From Elsinoe ampelina (taxonomy: Eukaryota), in NCBI GenBank assembly GCA_010093995.1, contig ML992501.1, positions 516,227 to 580,226 of the forward strand: a DNA stretch of 64,000 nucleotides, in the 5' to 3' direction. Positions 35,343-46,429 of the stretch are shown here, in pieces. The notes under the pieces are model-generated. The model did not search any database, was not told the origin of the DNA, and saw only the letters and a list, made by a program, of their open reading frames with translations. Numbering within the stretch: position 1 is the stretch's first letter; each line of letters starts with the position of its first letter. The translations under genes were made by a program, and so were the position numbers.

Positions 35343-36825
35343 TCAGTCCAGCTCCTGGATAAGTCCTCTCTTGGGTACTGCAGCCGGCATCAGGAGTGGA
35401 AGGTTGTCATCGTCATCATCATTGTCGACAAAATCGGCCAGACTTCTGCGAACGGGACCGGTGGACATCTGCGCACCCGAGACAGCCTCGGGCTCCGAGC
35501 CGAGGTCGCCATTGACTGTGCCTTGAGACTTCGCAGCTGTCGCACGAGCAGTTGACTGAGATGTGTCATGGCTGTTGAGGGCAAGATTGCGACGAATGCG
35601 TAGAGCCAAGAAGATAGCAAGGAGAATGCCGAGGAGGATAGGTAGTACAGGGTGGAAGAAGTTGAGAATCGCGATGAATGGAGATCGAAGCTTGCCGAGG
35701 GCGTAGCGCGGAAGTGAAAATATGAGCTTCTGTAGGGAATTCAAGACGAGGATGGGCAGGTCCTCGACACCCTCTCGGACTTCTCGGAGTGCTTCTCGAG
35801 TCTTGTCAATCTCATTCTTGAGATCGTGTTTGACGCTCTGGGTGAAATTCTGCGAAATTATTAGCGGCGAAACGGTTTGCAAGACGACTCCGTACATGAA
35901 CTTCTTCTTGGTAGTCAGATAGATCGCCACGAAGTACAGAGAGTTCGCTGGAGATTTGCCAGATTCGGCCAAGGACTCCATCACTACCAGAATTTGCCAG
36001 AGCAGTCTGCATGTTGAGGTTTAGTTGGCCTGTCATGTCGTTAATGGGTTTGAGACTTTGAACAGCATTGCCAGCAGCAGCAGTGTAGTTGTTAAGAAAG
36101 GCGAAGAGCAGATTGATTTGGTCGAAGTATGCGCTGGCGTCTTTGTCTTGCTTGGCCAGATCTGTCGTAAAGGTGGTAGTTCTGTTGATCATGTCGCGCA
36201 GGCTGTCGTTGAATGCAGTCTTGGATTCGTGCAGGAATTCCGAAGCTCTCAAGATCTCATCTGAAAAGGGTCAGGAAGGGTCAACATGAAAAATTGATTA
36301 CTGACCGGCAAGGAGATCCATCTTCTTTGCTTTGCATATGTTGCCAGCGTTCTGCAAGTTGTTGGAGTAGCTCGTCCAGCCGGTACCAGTGCCATGATTC
36401 TGAAGCGCTCTTGCACATAATTTTGAATGAGCTGCCGTGTCGTAGCCGGTAGGATGGTAAGTGAAGACGGCGCGTAGTCCATTCTTGATGGTGCTCATGA
36501 GGGTGATCTTGTGAATCATGTCGCGGGTGGGAGAGAAGTTGCTACACTCGACAGGCATCTCTGCATCGACGAGCTCGAGCTCGCAGATTGCCAGGCGGAC
36601 TGCGTAGAGGGATTGGAGATCGGTGATCTGGTTGCCATCATCACTCGTGAGCTGATCGCAGGAAGAAATGAGAGCCATGGTGGCAATTTTGCTGCAGCTT
36701 GGCATCGAATCGATGGAGCTGAAGAGCTCCGCGGCGGATCTGATAGGGGTCACCCCCATGTCTGCAGCGTTACAGACCGCCGAAAAAACTGCAAAGACTA
36801 TGGCCAGTATTAGCATACCAGCCAT
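35343..36825 (-). CDS. KAR5: Nuclear membrane fusion (karyogamy) protein Kar5/Tht1-like; 3 exons
   Basis: Signal peptide and Cys-rich domain (CSKIATMALISSC...YAVRLAICE...C...C...WTSYSNNLQNAGNIC), then coiled coil and C-terminal TM. Introns ~36262-36305 and 35850-35895. Confidence 0.75.
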
Positions 36826-37573
36826 GATGAAATGCACAGATTGTTGTTCAGGTGTGCAGATCAGTCAGTCAGCAGCAGCAGGAGCGGTCGACAGTCGGAG
36901 CAGAGAGGAGGTGGGGAGGGCGGAGGCGGAGTCGGTGGTGAAGGGGGGTGGCGGGGCGGAGGGGAAGGAGAAGGAGAAGAAGGTGGGTGAAGTGGCGGAG
37001 ATGGATTGGGGGGAAAGAGAGGGTGAAGAAGAGGGGGGGCAGGGGGAGAAGGTGCTGGTGTTGGTGCTGAGGAGGGTGGTGGGCAAGTTGAGAAGCGACA
37101 AGGCTAGCTTGTCGCTATATGAGATGTATGGAAAGAAGAAGAGGGAAGAGGTGCTGGGTATGGAGGGATATATGTATGCCAGTGCAGTGTAGCCTGCTGA
37201 TGGCTGCCTACCGTGAACAATCTGCATTGTGAAGCCAATGCTTCACTATTCTTGACAAATTTGCTTGTGGCGCTACAGTACAAGCTGTACAATGGGCGAA
37301 TAGTGAGGTATAACAATGAGAGGAAGTGAAGGTGACGTTTGGAGAGGTGGACCCACGTGAAGCTTGCCAAGCCGAGGATAGCAAAAAGTTTATTGTGCAG
37401 TGAAGAGCTTCAATGAACAATACTCCGCAATACCCCATTCACTTCTGCAAGGCTGCCACAGCCACACGTGCCACCGCGCGAGACACTGTCACGCTGGGTA
37501 TACTCATCTGCTATCACGTGTCAGGACTTTGAAGCTCGCGGCATTGACGTTCACCGTCTGTCTCCTCAAGAGC

Positions 37574-38406
37574 ATGGCTACCCATTCGCGCGCACTGGGG
37601 ACTGGCGCCATGCGTCTCAAAAGCCATACTGGTCGCGTTGAGATCTCACTACCTACATTCCTGGTTCCGGCTTTTGCTCGCATGTCTCGTTGCACGAAGA
37701 GCTTCTCGACATCGACAGCCCGACGATCAAGAGTTGGCGGAGCTGCACTATCTGTGCCACCCGAGGTCACCTTCAGATTCCAGCCGCCGCCACCTATACA
37801 GAACAAAGGCGCAAGAGTTAGCCAAGCAGAGCAATCGGCAACGGTCGAGGTTGAAGGCCCACTAGGGAAGCTCAAAGTACTGGTGCCACCTTTTATTAGT
37901 GTACAATCGGACGAAGAAGCACGATCACATACACTCTCAGTGCAGGATGAGAGGGACAAGCACCAGAGAGCGATGTGGGGTAAGTATTTTTTTGATCGGT
38001 CGCGGATGAGAACACTGGCTGACATGGATCAGGGACGGTGCGCGCTCTCATACACAACCAGATTCTAGGCGTGAGTGAAGGTCATTCAGCCATTCTTCGA
38101 TTAGTAGGGGTCGGATACAGGGCGACGATAGAGGAAAAGGCAGTCACCAAGGAGCCATCATATCCTGGACAAAAGTTTGTGTCCCTGAAGGTGGGTTACT
38201 CACATCCGATCGAGCTCGGGATACCTCAAGGAGTCAAGGCAAGCACACCACAGCCGACTCGCATACTGTTAGAGGGATGCGAGAAGGATGTCCTTAAGCA
38301 ATTCGCAGCAGAGATCAGAGCGTGGAGAAAGCCGGAACCATACAAGGGAAAGGGCATTTTCGTCAACGAAGAGACGATCAAGCTAAAGGCGAAGAAGATC
38401 AAGTAG
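37574..38406 (+). CDS. MRPL6: Mitochondrial large ribosomal subunit protein uL6m (2 exons)
   Basis: Presequence, VEGPLGKL, RAMWG|TVRALIHNQILGVSEG, LVGVGYRA, LKVGYSHPI and RKPEPYKGKGI. Confidence 0.94.
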
Positions 38407-39141
38407 ATGATGTGGCTCGGGTTGTACGATATGGAATTGATGATACCCAAGAACAACACTGATGCCAGTGCTTGTGACTACCATATCCTGTTCAGCTCAC
38501 TAGCACTGTGTATTATCGCGCGTTGTGCACTGCTCAAATGCTCTGCAGAATCCGATCACCGAACTACCAGAAGGTGATGGCAGTATCACTGAGCCGCAGC
38601 CGCAGATCCGAACACGAACTTTGGGTTTGTCTCAATGATCTCAAACACTCAATACATACCTGGCTCTCCATGTTTGAGATGGCCCCAAAAACAAATCCTC
38701 GCCCCGAAGAACACGAGAAGCAGTCCCAAAGCGGTTTAACCAGTTCCCGACGACCCCTAAATTGACTTTTGCCCTCTTGTCGATCTCCGTTTCGCGAGCG
38801 GGCCGTGGACGGGCTAGGGGTGAGGACCAATGGCAGTCGAGCAACACATGCAACGACTATCCAATGAACGGTTCTGGCGCAAGACCAGCGCTTCATATAA
38901 GGTCTGAACGAGGTCAAATGGCTCTGAGGGCCGGGTTGCCTGATCCCTTTTCGGCCCTGACCTCCTTCGACGCCTTTTTACCAACACTCTCCCTCATTAC
39001 TTGCTTCGCGAACTACCACGACATTCTCTTCAGCCTCGACGGTGCTGGCCTCCTCGTCCTGACCTACCCCGACCTCGGTCTCTCGTTCCGCAGTCCCCTT
39101 TATCTTTAACAAAGTAATCGCAGCATCTCTTGCAGGCCAAG

Positions 39142-40041
39142 ATGTTTGAGGGAATCAAGCCATTCACTCGCACGCGCACTGCGCCAACAGGCTATGAGAA
39201 GGTCCGAATACTCTTCCACGGTATCCGGTTTCTCCAGCTGTTGTCCAGTCTGGTCGTCGGATCGATTCTCATCTTCTTCGCGTGGTGGCTTATCCATGAC
39301 CGATTCAAGCTGCCATGGACCTTTATCATTGTGAGGCTCACTCCGACCCCAATATCAATCGTCAGGCCAGTCTAACCAGTATACAGCTCCTCGCATCCTC
39401 TTTCCTGACCATCATCGTCCTCACTGCAACCTTGGTCATGCACTGCTTGACCGGTCTCAATCCCCGCCTCAACCTCGTCCTTAACAGCAGCATGCTTTTC
39501 CTGTGGGCGCTCGGTTTCAGCATGCTCACCTACTGGATGCGCAACACCCTTGCCAACGCGTGCAGCAAGACCATCTGGAAAGAGGATGATGGCATCATGG
39601 TCTGCCACAACTACAAAGCCCTCTTCACCTTTGGCCTCGTCGGACTGTAAGCTGCCCTGCCCCTACCACCCCCTCCAACCCAACTAACACCCTCCCAGCC
39701 TCTCCACAGCCGCAGCCCTCGGCCTCGATGTCCACATCCACAAACTCTCCCAACGTCTCGGCAAACACATGCGCCTCGACAACATGAACGACAACAAGGG
39801 CCGCACCATCGTCGACGCCCGCGGTCCTTACGCCGACGCCCGCAACGCCCGCTCCGCGGAAGACCTCGACGACTACCCTTCGCGCAACAGCGATGCGTTC
39901 GAGGTGCCCCGGGTTGGGTATGGCGCGAACCCCGCGCAGAAGAAGCCGCTCATGGAGTACGGTGATCAGGAGAGGGATTTTGATTTCGACACCGGGTATC
40001 ACGGAGGGCATGAGGATAGGGTGTTGGGCAACACGAGGTAG
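39142..40041 (+). CDS. Four-TM MARVEL-like membrane protein (exons 39142-39330, 39387-39646, 39699-40041)
   Basis: Three ORF pieces joined in frame by canonical introns. Four hydrophobic helices with a C...W...C..YK loop. Confidence 0.75.
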
Positions 40042-40518
40042 ACGGGAGTTTCCAGCTCGTGACTGAGTGCGGAATTCTTCTCTGAGCAGCTGGTGAAAGC
40101 TGTGTGCACTGTACTATCTTCCACGGATTGGCGAAATGGTGGATGGTTCACGAGACGATGGATTTGGGCATAAAGGACATGGACAGCGGGTAATTCTGGG
40201 CATGGTCGAAACTATCACAAAAATGATAACATTTAGTCCTTCCCGACGTTTCCCGGTGATCAGATGCGGCAGTGAAGTTCCATTCGAAGTGAAGCATCAA
40301 GTCATGCATTACCCATATCAATCATGCTCTGCACTCGCTATGCCAGCAACCCACTCAACGCTAAAATACCACCATAAATCCTCTTCCTTGCCTCCGAACC
40401 CCTTCAGCCCACCCCACCGCATAACTCCCCGCGGTACAACAATCGCCCCGCCACATACACGAACACCCCACCTCCTCCACCCTTCCTCTCTTACTCCTCC
40501 TCTCCCACGGAAGGAAAA

Positions 40519-42444
40519 TCAAACCCAACTCCCCTCCCCCTCCCTGCCCCCTCCTCCCCTCCTAGGAACCCCCAACTTAATCCCCAACGCACTCTTCAAC
40601 CTCCTCAACTTATTCACCCGCTCCTTGTCCAACCGCGCCACCTCCTCCCTGCTCAACCCCTCCTTCATCCCCAGTCCCAGTCCCGGCAGACCCCCCATCC
40701 CCAACCCCGGTTTGGCGGCCACGCTCCTGCGGCGCTGCTCGTCCGCGTACCTCGCGGCCGTGGTCCAGAGGATGCGCCACGCGGGGAAACCGACGTAGTC
40801 TCCCGTCGCGGCTTGGGAGGAGGGGGAGCGGTAGGGGCAGTGTTCGCGGTGGGAAGCGAGGAGGTCGAGTGGGGGGTGCGAGGAGGTGGGGGAGGGGGAG
40901 GAGGGAGGGGAGGGGCCGAAGGAGACGGATTTGATGGCTGGGGTGAGGGAGGTGGATTGCGTGGAGGGGGTGGTGGGGAGGGGGGAAGTGCCGGCAGGGA
41001 TGGTGGTTGGGGAGGTGGAGGGCTTGGATTGGTACATCCAGAGCCCGATGCGTTGGAAGCACGCGTCGCAGACTAGGAGGTTGGTGCGGGATTCGCAGGT
41101 GGCGTGCCAGCCTGTGAGCGCGATCATGAGTGCGCGGGCCATGATCTCGTCGGAGGGGACCGAGGGGTCGTCGACGGAGCCGTTGGAGAGGACCGAGTTG
41201 TTGCGAGGTGTGGCGTTGGGGTTGAAAAAGATGGGTGGGATATGGAGGAGGAGTTTGTCGGCCGGGGGGGAGGCGGAGATGGGGTGGATGCGGAGGTTCT
41301 CAATGTCTTCTTTGATCTCGAGGACGCTGGTGAAGGATGTCCGGACGGTGTCTTGCCACCATGCTGTGCGGACAACGGGGAGGCGGTATATGTCGTCTTT
41401 GCACCCGGTCTTGCGCCAGGGGCAGGACTCGGAGTGGCCTTTTATGATCTCCTCGGCATATTTCTCTGCGAGCGCCTTCTCGAATGTGTTCTCGAATTCT
41501 GCCTCCTCTTCGCTCTCGTCTACATTGTCCTCGGCCTGCTCGTCGTCGCCTCCAATCCCATTGATCGCTTCCACCATCGCAGTGCCAAAGTCGTCTTCCT
41601 CTTCTTCTTCCTCATGTCGACTTATCCTCCTCCTCTTGACCCTCGCTTCAGCATACTTGCTCGGACTAAAGTCAACTACCACCCTCCTCTTGCAACCCTT
41701 GCATCCCACTGTCTCGTTGCCGACGCACTCCCATCCTCTCTTCGCCCATTCCACCTCGCCAACTCCTTCGGGCTTGGGAAACCAGCTGGTGACAGGCGCG
41801 AATGTCTTCAATCTCTCCAGGAAATCCTCATGACTCCACGGTGTGAAATGCGGCTTCTTGTCCTCCTCTTCCGCTGCTTGTACTAACGACTCGGTGCTGC
41901 TCCCACTAATGAGCTCGGCGGGTCGCTTCCCAACACTCACAGGCCGCGTGAACTGCATGCTCACGGAATTGCCATTGGCGTTCACTTGCTTAGCAGTAGC
42001 TGCCCTTGCACCTATTCCATTCACGGCGTGAGGATTCAGTCGCGCTCGGTAAGACTCGACAGATGTGTTGGAGGCGCTACTACCTGGCCGCAGACGAGCA
42101 GCATCGTGCGCTGTGAGGGATATGGTATTGCTGTCTGGCGGCACTATGCGCGGGATTGGAGGTGGTGCGCCGGGAGTCGCGAGGGTCGTGGGCCGGTCTG
42201 GTCGAATAGGACGAGGTGCGGATATGCTTGGTCGCTGTGAGGAGGTACTGGGCCGAGGTGAGGAGATGCTAGGGTGAGATGAGGGTGTGCTTGGTCGGGG
42301 GTTCGAGGTGACTCCGCCACTTGTAGTGGGTCTACTGGTCGGCGCAGATGTCTTTGATGGTTTGCTAGCTGGACCGGAGCTCTGTGTGAGCTTGTCTAGC
42401 AGGCCGTAGAAGCGCCGCTTCCTCGTCGCGGTGGCCTCTGGCAT
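40519..42444 (-). CDS. C3HC zinc-finger protein Rsm1/Pml39/NIPA-like (mRNA export/retention)
   Basis: FTPWSHEDFLERLKTF, WAKRGWEC...C..C, HSESCPWR; second module LVCDACFQRIGLW...HREHCPY. Confidence 0.85.
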   Translation of the reverse strand: MPEATATRKRRFYGLLDKLTQSSGPASKPSKTSAPTSRPTTSGGVTSNPRPSTPSSHPSISSPRPSTSSQRPSISAPRPIRPDRPTTLATPGAPPPIPRIVPPDSNTISLTAHDAARLRPGSSASNTSVESYRARLNPHAVNGIGARAATAKQVNANGNSVSMQFTRPVSVGKRPAELISGSSTESLVQAAEEEDKKPHFTPWSHEDFLERLKTFAPVTSWFPKPEGVGEVEWAKRGWECVGNETVGCKGCKRRVVVDFSPSKYAEARVKRRRISRHEEEEEEDDFGTAMVEAINGIGGDDEQAEDNVDESEEEAEFENTFEKALAEKYAEEIIKGHSESCPWRKTGCKDDIYRLPVVRTAWWQDTVRTSFTSVLEIKEDIENLRIHPISASPPADKLLLHIPPIFFNPNATPRNNSVLSNGSVDDPSVPSDEIMARALMIALTGWHATCESRTNLLVCDACFQRIGLWMYQSKPSTSPTTIPAGTSPLPTTPSTQSTSLTPAIKSVSFGPSPPSSPSPTSSHPPLDLLASHREHCPYRSPSSQAATGDYVGFPAWRILWTTAARYADEQRRRSVAAKPGLGMGGLPGLGLGMKEGLSREEVARLDKERVNKLRRLKSALGIKLGVPRRGGGGREGEGSWV

Positions 42445-42725
42445 TATGATGCTTGTCGTTTTGAATGATATCCGCGCATTGCCGAGGGTGAGGTTGTGGT
42501 GGTTGGAAATGGGAATCAACAAAGCCGTTGGAGAGGAAAGCTTAATACCAGGTGCGGGTGCGGCGCTGCGGATGTCAGGTGAAGTCGGGGTTGACAACGG
42601 CGGTGATCTGACTTCCGTGGGCTTGATTTCTATCTCTGAGAAACGGACATGTGTCGAAGATGATCGGTGATTAACTTTTGAATGAAAGTCAAATCTATAG
42701 CTATTCACAAGAATTTTCGCTGCAA

Positions 42726-45700
42726 CTAGTATACCTCCAACACATATCTCGCATCGTCCTTGAGCTCCTCAATCACGCGCTTCGAGTCTACCTTCTTGCC
42801 TGCGGCCTTGGCTTCAACCTCAATAGCCTCCTCAAGCACGTTAGTGACATCTGGAACAGGCCAAGTAGGACCACAAAGGTAGAAGGCACCCTCCTCGGCA
42901 AGGTATGCCTTCCTGATGTCCGTCAGGGTCTCCCTCATCCTATCTTGAATGTAGATCTTCTGAGCCTGGTCTCGACTGAAAGCACATCCCATGAGAGTGA
43001 TGATGCCAGCATCCCGGTATGCTTCCCACTCCTCACCATACAGGTACTCCTCACGCTGGTGACGAGATCCCATGTAGAGCAGGACGCTACCAATCTCCAT
43101 ACCTTGCTGCTTCTGCCAAGCACGTTCCTGGACGAAAGCGCGGAAAGGAGCAAGACCTGTACCAAGACCAGCCATGATGATGGGAGCTGTGGACTTTGGT
43201 GGCAGCTTCATGACGGAGGGTTTGACAGAGACAGTCACAGGGGCACCGATTGGCAGCGAGTTGAGGTAGCGGGTGGCCTGTCCGAAGCGGTCACGGCCCT
43301 TAGGGTCGACCCAGCCCACAGTGACGATGAGGAGAGAGACGGAGTTGGGCTGGACCTTCTGACTGCTTGCGATGGAGTACTCGCGGCGCTTCAGAGGTGC
43401 GACGATCTTGACAATGTCGTGGAAGCTGGGGTGGGCGGATGGGAATTCCAGAAGGATGTCAGCGTACGTGACAGTGTCGACTTCGGCGCGACGCTTGAAC
43501 TCGACTTGCGCCTCTTGGTTGCCTCCGGTACCGAGTAGAAGAAGTTGAGTCTTCTCCTTTCCGTCGCTGGCAAACTCCGAAAGAGCTTCGTAAAAGCGCT
43601 TGGGTGGCCTGCCGAAGATGTCGACGTTCTGGATGAGAGATTGGAAGACGGTTCGAGACTCGATAACTTCTGGGTCATCGCGGGAAGGCACCTCGACGAT
43701 ATGATCAGGATCAAGGCCATACCACTTGATGAAGTTGTTGACCTCGGTCTCATCATTCTGAGCGTGGATACCGAGAGCCTCACCAATGTCATACGTGAGA
43801 CCAGTGTTACCCAGATCAAACTCGATATGGAAAATGTTACGGTCATAAGTCTCAGGCGTCAACCGGCGATGCTCTTTGACGTGCACGACGGCGGTCTTGA
43901 TGCCCAGATCGGGACGAACAGAAGTGGTAGTGCCGTAGGCCTCCTTGAATGCAAGACTCTTAGCAACACTGGTCCAGTCCTTCAGATCGAAGGCGTCCTC
44001 GTTCTGGCTCTTGTCGACAGGAGCAAAGCTGGTCAGATTCAGATCCTGTGAGAGAGGAAGAAGCTTGTCTGCCTCGGGTTCAACTGTCAACCAATCTTGA
44101 GGCACTTCGGCGCGGAAGAGCACGTTGTCGAGATCGCCTGCCAACTTCTCCAGCGCATCCTCCCCGCCAGCGAGCTTCTTCACGCCTGACTCATACAGGT
44201 CACTGCGAGCAAGTTGCAAGAAAGCCAGCTGGAGAAGGTAGCTCTCAAGAGACGGATCCTCGACGACTGACTGTGATTGGACTGGGTCGAAAACGACAAG
44301 TTGGATCTGTCCCAAGGCAAGAGACTTCCTCGCAAGGATAGTAATGCGTTTCTCCAGCTCTTCCTTCTTGAAGCCGTCAAGTCTGATGACTGCAATACCT
44401 CCCTCCTTGATGGACTGCATCACATCAAACTCCTTGAGCAGCTTCTCACTTCCAATGTAGGCAATATCAGCAGAGGTGACAGAGTATGCTGCCTCAATAG
44501 ATCTTGTGGAAGATCGAATGTCGGTACGAACGACGCCTCCTTGAATCAAGTTATCATGACCAGTTCTGACTGTGACATTCAACTTGGAGTCTCCGGAGAG
44601 GAGCTGGCCAAGCGCGTTGGGCGCGTCGGCTGCTTGTGACTCGTCCAAGTCCCAGAAGCTGTATTGCTGGATGCCACCGGTGGGAAAGTCGAAAAGATCC
44701 TCCTCCTCTGGTGCCTGAGGCAGCTTCTGTGCAATCTGCTGGATCAAAGCAGTCGTGTTGAAAGGCGTCCAGATCTGCAGACGGGGATACTTGAAGTCGT
44801 ATACAGCTGGCTGAGTCCTCAGATGCGTAGCGAATGCGAGCGAAGCAAGGACATCGGAATACAGCGCAGAGTGTTCGGCAGAGTCTTGTACGTTGACCTG
44901 ATCTTTGACCTGACCCAAGACCGCGATATGCTGCACGCTGGGCGCGAGGATCTCGAGAAACTCCTCCTCAACAAAAGGTCGGTAGACCCGAACGTTGATG
45001 GCACCAATCTTGATGCCAGTCTTCGCCATAGCTTCGGCAATCTGGCTGGTCAAAGAAGCCTCGACTGTGCCGAACACGACTATGACAGTCTCGGGCTCGG
45101 GATGACCCTTGTACTCAAAAGTCTTGTAATCCGTGCCGAGCTCTTCGTTGAAGGACTTGAGCAATTTGCTGACCCTGCCTCCATTGTCGATTCTCTTTTT
45201 GTCGGCCTCGGACGTCTGCTCAAGCACGGTCTTGTACGTCCGATGCAGACCGGCACGGTCCAGGACGTCGATAACTCTCGTCGTCTCTCTTCCGACCGAC
45301 ATGCCATCGTAGACGTGCACGGTGGGCAACACGGAAGACATGATGGTTGCGAACAAGGCCATGTGCTGCATCTCGAACGTGGATGCACTGGATACCAGGC
45401 CAAGTCCAAGCTCTTCCGCGGTGCTCATAGCGGCAGTGTAATCGGTGACGAGACCAGCGCCCTGCCTCGCGGTGTAGTCGACGGCAGCGACATGAGCGAC
45501 TGTAGGGTTTGCGACATGGTAGAGGAGAGACAGCTGATCAAGAACTGGTCGCAGATAGGGCAGACTTCCAGAAGAGGCTACGATGGACTGAGGGACGTGT
45601 CGCTTGTTCAGGTCAAAGTCCTTTGAGAACATGTATCCCAGAGCAATGGACCCCGCACCTGTACGTGTTTCGGTCGACTGGACGCCGGTAGTGTAGCCGT

Positions 45701-45971
45701 AAGCATTCTGATCCGCCTGGCTTTGCCAGTACTTTGCCGCCACATCGAGGTCGAAAGTATCGGGTGAGTAGCTGAAGATCTTGTCCGAGAGAGAGTATGC
45801 GACCTGCTGAACCAGTGTCTGTCCAGTCAAGTAAGTCGGGCCGCTGATGTTGGACAAGGCGATGTTTTGGCCGAAAGGAAGGTTCTGCGATTTCGAGGTC
45901 TTCCCCTTTTGGGTGCTTGGCTCTGCAGGAGCAGCAGCAGGCCCTGTCGAGCTCGTCTGTTGCAAATGCAT
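42726..45971 (-). CDS. MET10: Sulfite reductase (NADPH) flavoprotein alpha subunit (intronless)
   Basis: PFOR-like N-terminal part plus FAD/NADPH module: RNIFHIEFD, RREYSIASSQ, MAGLGTGLAPFRAF, FYLCGPTWPVPDV, and C-terminal RYVLEVY. Confidence 0.95.
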   Translation of the reverse strand: MHLQQTSSTGPAAAPAEPSTQKGKTSKSQNLPFGQNIALSNISGPTYLTGQTLVQQVAYSLSDKIFSYSPDTFDLDVAAKYWQSQADQNAYGYTTGVQSTETRTGAGSIALGYMFSKDFDLNKRHVPQSIVASSGSLPYLRPVLDQLSLLYHVANPTVAHVAAVDYTARQGAGLVTDYTAAMSTAEELGLGLVSSASTFEMQHMALFATIMSSVLPTVHVYDGMSVGRETTRVIDVLDRAGLHRTYKTVLEQTSEADKKRIDNGGRVSKLLKSFNEELGTDYKTFEYKGHPEPETVIVVFGTVEASLTSQIAEAMAKTGIKIGAINVRVYRPFVEEEFLEILAPSVQHIAVLGQVKDQVNVQDSAEHSALYSDVLASLAFATHLRTQPAVYDFKYPRLQIWTPFNTTALIQQIAQKLPQAPEEEDLFDFPTGGIQQYSFWDLDESQAADAPNALGQLLSGDSKLNVTVRTGHDNLIQGGVVRTDIRSSTRSIEAAYSVTSADIAYIGSEKLLKEFDVMQSIKEGGIAVIRLDGFKKEELEKRITILARKSLALGQIQLVVFDPVQSQSVVEDPSLESYLLQLAFLQLARSDLYESGVKKLAGGEDALEKLAGDLDNVLFRAEVPQDWLTVEPEADKLLPLSQDLNLTSFAPVDKSQNEDAFDLKDWTSVAKSLAFKEAYGTTTSVRPDLGIKTAVVHVKEHRRLTPETYDRNIFHIEFDLGNTGLTYDIGEALGIHAQNDETEVNNFIKWYGLDPDHIVEVPSRDDPEVIESRTVFQSLIQNVDIFGRPPKRFYEALSEFASDGKEKTQLLLLGTGGNQEAQVEFKRRAEVDTVTYADILLEFPSAHPSFHDIVKIVAPLKRREYSIASSQKVQPNSVSLLIVTVGWVDPKGRDRFGQATRYLNSLPIGAPVTVSVKPSVMKLPPKSTAPIIMAGLGTGLAPFRAFVQERAWQKQQGMEIGSVLLYMGSRHQREEYLYGEEWEAYRDAGIITLMGCAFSRDQAQKIYIQDRMRETLTDIRKAYLAEEGAFYLCGPTWPVPDVTNVLEEAIEVEAKAAGKKVDSKRVIEELKDDARYVLEVY

Positions 45972-46429
45972 CGTGTCTGTAGCGAATTCCCACTCGAAAC
46001 GACCTGGAAAATTGCTGGTAGGAGGCCAGGTTGGGGACGAGGTCACTGAAAGTCAAGACAGATCACTTTTTCTAAATTTCCAGGCCGTTGTCGGCATCTG
46101 GACCGTCGGCCTTTCTCAGCGATGGCGTGCTCAATCCTCGGAGCCGCATCTCCGGGAGATCTGATCAAGACGAGATCAAGATAAGATTATGCTGGTCTCC
46201 ACTCTCGACCTCACTCTGGCACGTGTTCACGTTTTGAGCACCAACATTCTCCAAATCAAGTTCCGGTCCCGGGCAGCACTCCTCTTCAACCACCAGCATT
46301 GACGACGTCTCTTACTTGACAAATGGGCGTGCCCCGATAGCCTCAATGCAGGCGCAGATCAGCCTCTTTCGTGTACCCCAAGCTCGTTGTTTCATGTATC
46401 ACTTCTTCGTCCCATAATCTCACTGTATC

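Noticed and set aside
35812..35984. Apparent frameshift between two overlapping KAR5-like ORFs
   Set aside because: Explained by a 46-nt intron (GTACGG...GCTAAT...GCAG, 35895-35850) that restores the frame.
42444..42726. Possible MET10-Rsm1 readthrough fusion (open frame upstream of the Rsm1 ATG)
   Set aside because: The MET10 frame meets another stop (TGA) within a few codons and is out of frame with Rsm1.
42678..45626. Long plus-strand ORFs antisense to MET10 (and similar shadow ORFs over NCL1, NOP58 and the skewed genes)
   Set aside because: Expected by-products of GC3 bias and C/G skew, which deplete stop codons in alternative frames.
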